Part shown: positions 62,079 to 64,000 of the stretch, piece after piece | Layout of the letters: the number at the start of each line of letters is the position of its first letter | Numbering within the stretch: position 1 is the stretch's first letter | Assembly: GCA_050575255.1 (NCBI GenBank) | Contig: JBNZDD010013687.1 | Coordinates: forward strand, 475,024 to 539,023 | Length of the DNA stretch: 64,000 nucleotides | Reading direction: 5' to 3' | Origin: Harriotta raleighana | Taxonomy: Eukaryota | Program-made: the position numbers and the translations under genes | The notes under the pieces: generated by a model | Seen by the model: the letters and a program-made list of their open reading frames with translations, nothing else | Told to the model about the DNA's origin: nothing | Database searches by the model: none

Positions 62079-64000
62079 GACTTATTTCTGCATTTATTAA
62101 AAGATAGTTTGGCTATGAATCAAATGGAAGAGATAGTCCATTTCAGATTACAGTACTTTGAACTGGTAATTAATTTAGATCATATTTTACAAGAATCGTG
62201 TAGAGGTAGAAAACAACCAGTTTCAGAAACGAAAAGTTATGTTTTTGCTCAAGTTTAAGCCACTTCATGTCTTCAAAGACTGATTCAAATATTAATTGAG
62301 TGTGGAATACCAACCTGCATGGTTGAGTTTGGACAGTTTAATGATTTCCCAATGTCAGACACAGTGATGAATGAATCTTGTTTCTGGTCTCTCCAAGGCT
62401 AAATTGGATAAGAACACTACTTGTGGTGTGTAGCTGAGGGATGATTGGTGACTGGCTAAGCTATCTGTGCTATCCTTTTGAACACAGGAAATGCATGGCC
62501 TACTGGAGATTAGAGCGGAGAAAAAGGAGGGTTGATTAAGCATACAAAGCTGACGTAAAATCCTTCAGACAGACTACTGCACACAAATTCTTAACATTCC
62601 TATATTCCTCATGAATAAGTCATCGTGACTTAACTGAAACTTTTTTGAAGATTTTTGCATGTCTTATAACCAGTTACAGCTATCCTTTGTCCTGGGTTCC
62701 CATATCTAGTATTGGCAATAAATTGGAGGCTGAAGAGCAATTTTCCTCCCCACCACCTCACCAACCTAACACTAACTAGTTTTATATTGGATTTTTTAAA
62801 ATCCTTTTTTTGTGATTAAAGTTTATTTCACACAATCAGTTAAGACCAGTTTACTCCTCAACGCACTGTATGTTTAATCAGATAATCCTAGAGTGCATAA
62901 CGTGAGCATTTATTTTAACTATGTACACAATGTATTTTTAAAAAAAAGAAAGAACATTAGCTAAATTACATCATATTAGAATTTTATCAGGACCTCCCAA
63001 AGAAATATCAGTTTTAATTGTGAAACATTGTTTGCAGAGTCTGAATCAAGTTCATTGGGAAATGTAATTCTAAGCAGTTTTCCTTTATTCCAGGAATTTT
63101 TAAACGTACATGTTGTCTGTATTTTTGCCCAAATATGGAGCAGAATTTGAATTTCTAAAAATGAAAATGAAAAGAAAGCTGAACAAACTGTGGTCTGAAT
63201 CTGGGGATGTCTCGGGGTTTCTGAGTCATTGTTGGAACCTCTATTTTGTTATGAGCATGGAATCTCTGCTCTGTTATGAGTAATCTCTCAGCAATCATTA
63301 AACCTTAAAGAATGTTTTTAATATTCCACTACAGCTTGTTTTCCCCCTGTGATGGTAATAAAATATCTACTTGCAGGAAGTTGAACTGAACCACAAAGTG
63401 AAGCATAGACTCGCACCAGAAAGATATGCAGTCCAAGTGCTTTTAAAAGGTTCACATCCTAAAGGAACAATCTTGTTGCATAAGATCCAAAAATTGAATG
63501 TTAATTTCCAAGTTTTTTTTTTAAAGCACAGTCACTTTAGGAGATTATATTATGTTGATCTTATTTCAGCTGAATTATAAATTTCTTTCTGCAGCTGACT
63601 TGATGGCCTATTGAATCCGCTTTTGCTTTTGAAAACACCTCCGAATCTCGAGGTTTTAATGTAATTATGTGCAGCAACAATTAAAAAAAAAAAGGATTGG
63701 CAGATTGAGAAGCTATCAGGTCTGAGTTACAAGCACCCATTTTGCACCCATTAAGAGTTAAAAGGTGAATTTGNCAGCTGACTTGATGGCCTATTGAATC
63801 CGCTTTTGCTTTTGAAAACACCTCAGAATCTCGAGGTTTTAATGTAATTATGTGCAGCAACAATTTTAAAAAAAAGGATTGGCAGATTGAGAAGCTATCA
63901 GGTCTGAGTTACAAGCATCCATTTTGCACCCATTAAGAGTTAAAAGGTGAATTTGTTTCTAAATCCTATGAATTATAAATACTGTATTTATTTTTCTCCC

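Noticed and set aside
63589-63955. ~180-bp tandem duplication
   Set aside because: The copies join exactly at a single n (63774), which indicates an unmerged contig overlap.

Overview
This is eukaryotic, intron-rich vertebrate DNA. The repeat families suggest a cartilaginous fish, which is an inference. The window holds the last two exons of FSIP1 (+ strand, 8992-10591) tail-to-tail with an essentially complete thrombospondin-1 gene (THBS1, - strand). THBS1 has 21 coding exons from ATG 26808 to stop 14847 (about 1168 aa), a ~2-kb 3'UTR and a recognisable CCAAT/MCAT/TATA promoter near 27.6 kb. I found no protein-coding gene in the remaining ~36 kb upstream. That stretch carries tRNA-derived Deu-type SINEs, L2 and CR1 LINE 3' fragments, Penelope-like remnants, microsatellites and candidate enhancer motif clusters. 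The best second-look items are a 158-bp Penelope-type insertion with an 11-bp TSD, an inverted repeat and a near-intact minimal hammerhead ribozyme core (54017-54174); miR-17~92/let-7/miR-194 seed sites in the THBS1 3'UTR with a possible alternative poly(A) switch; and a mammal-like promoter layout. Several N-joined duplications, including a doubled exon 2, look like assembly artefacts. Comparisons with human genes are from memory, not from an alignment. I found no convincing wholly new biological system.
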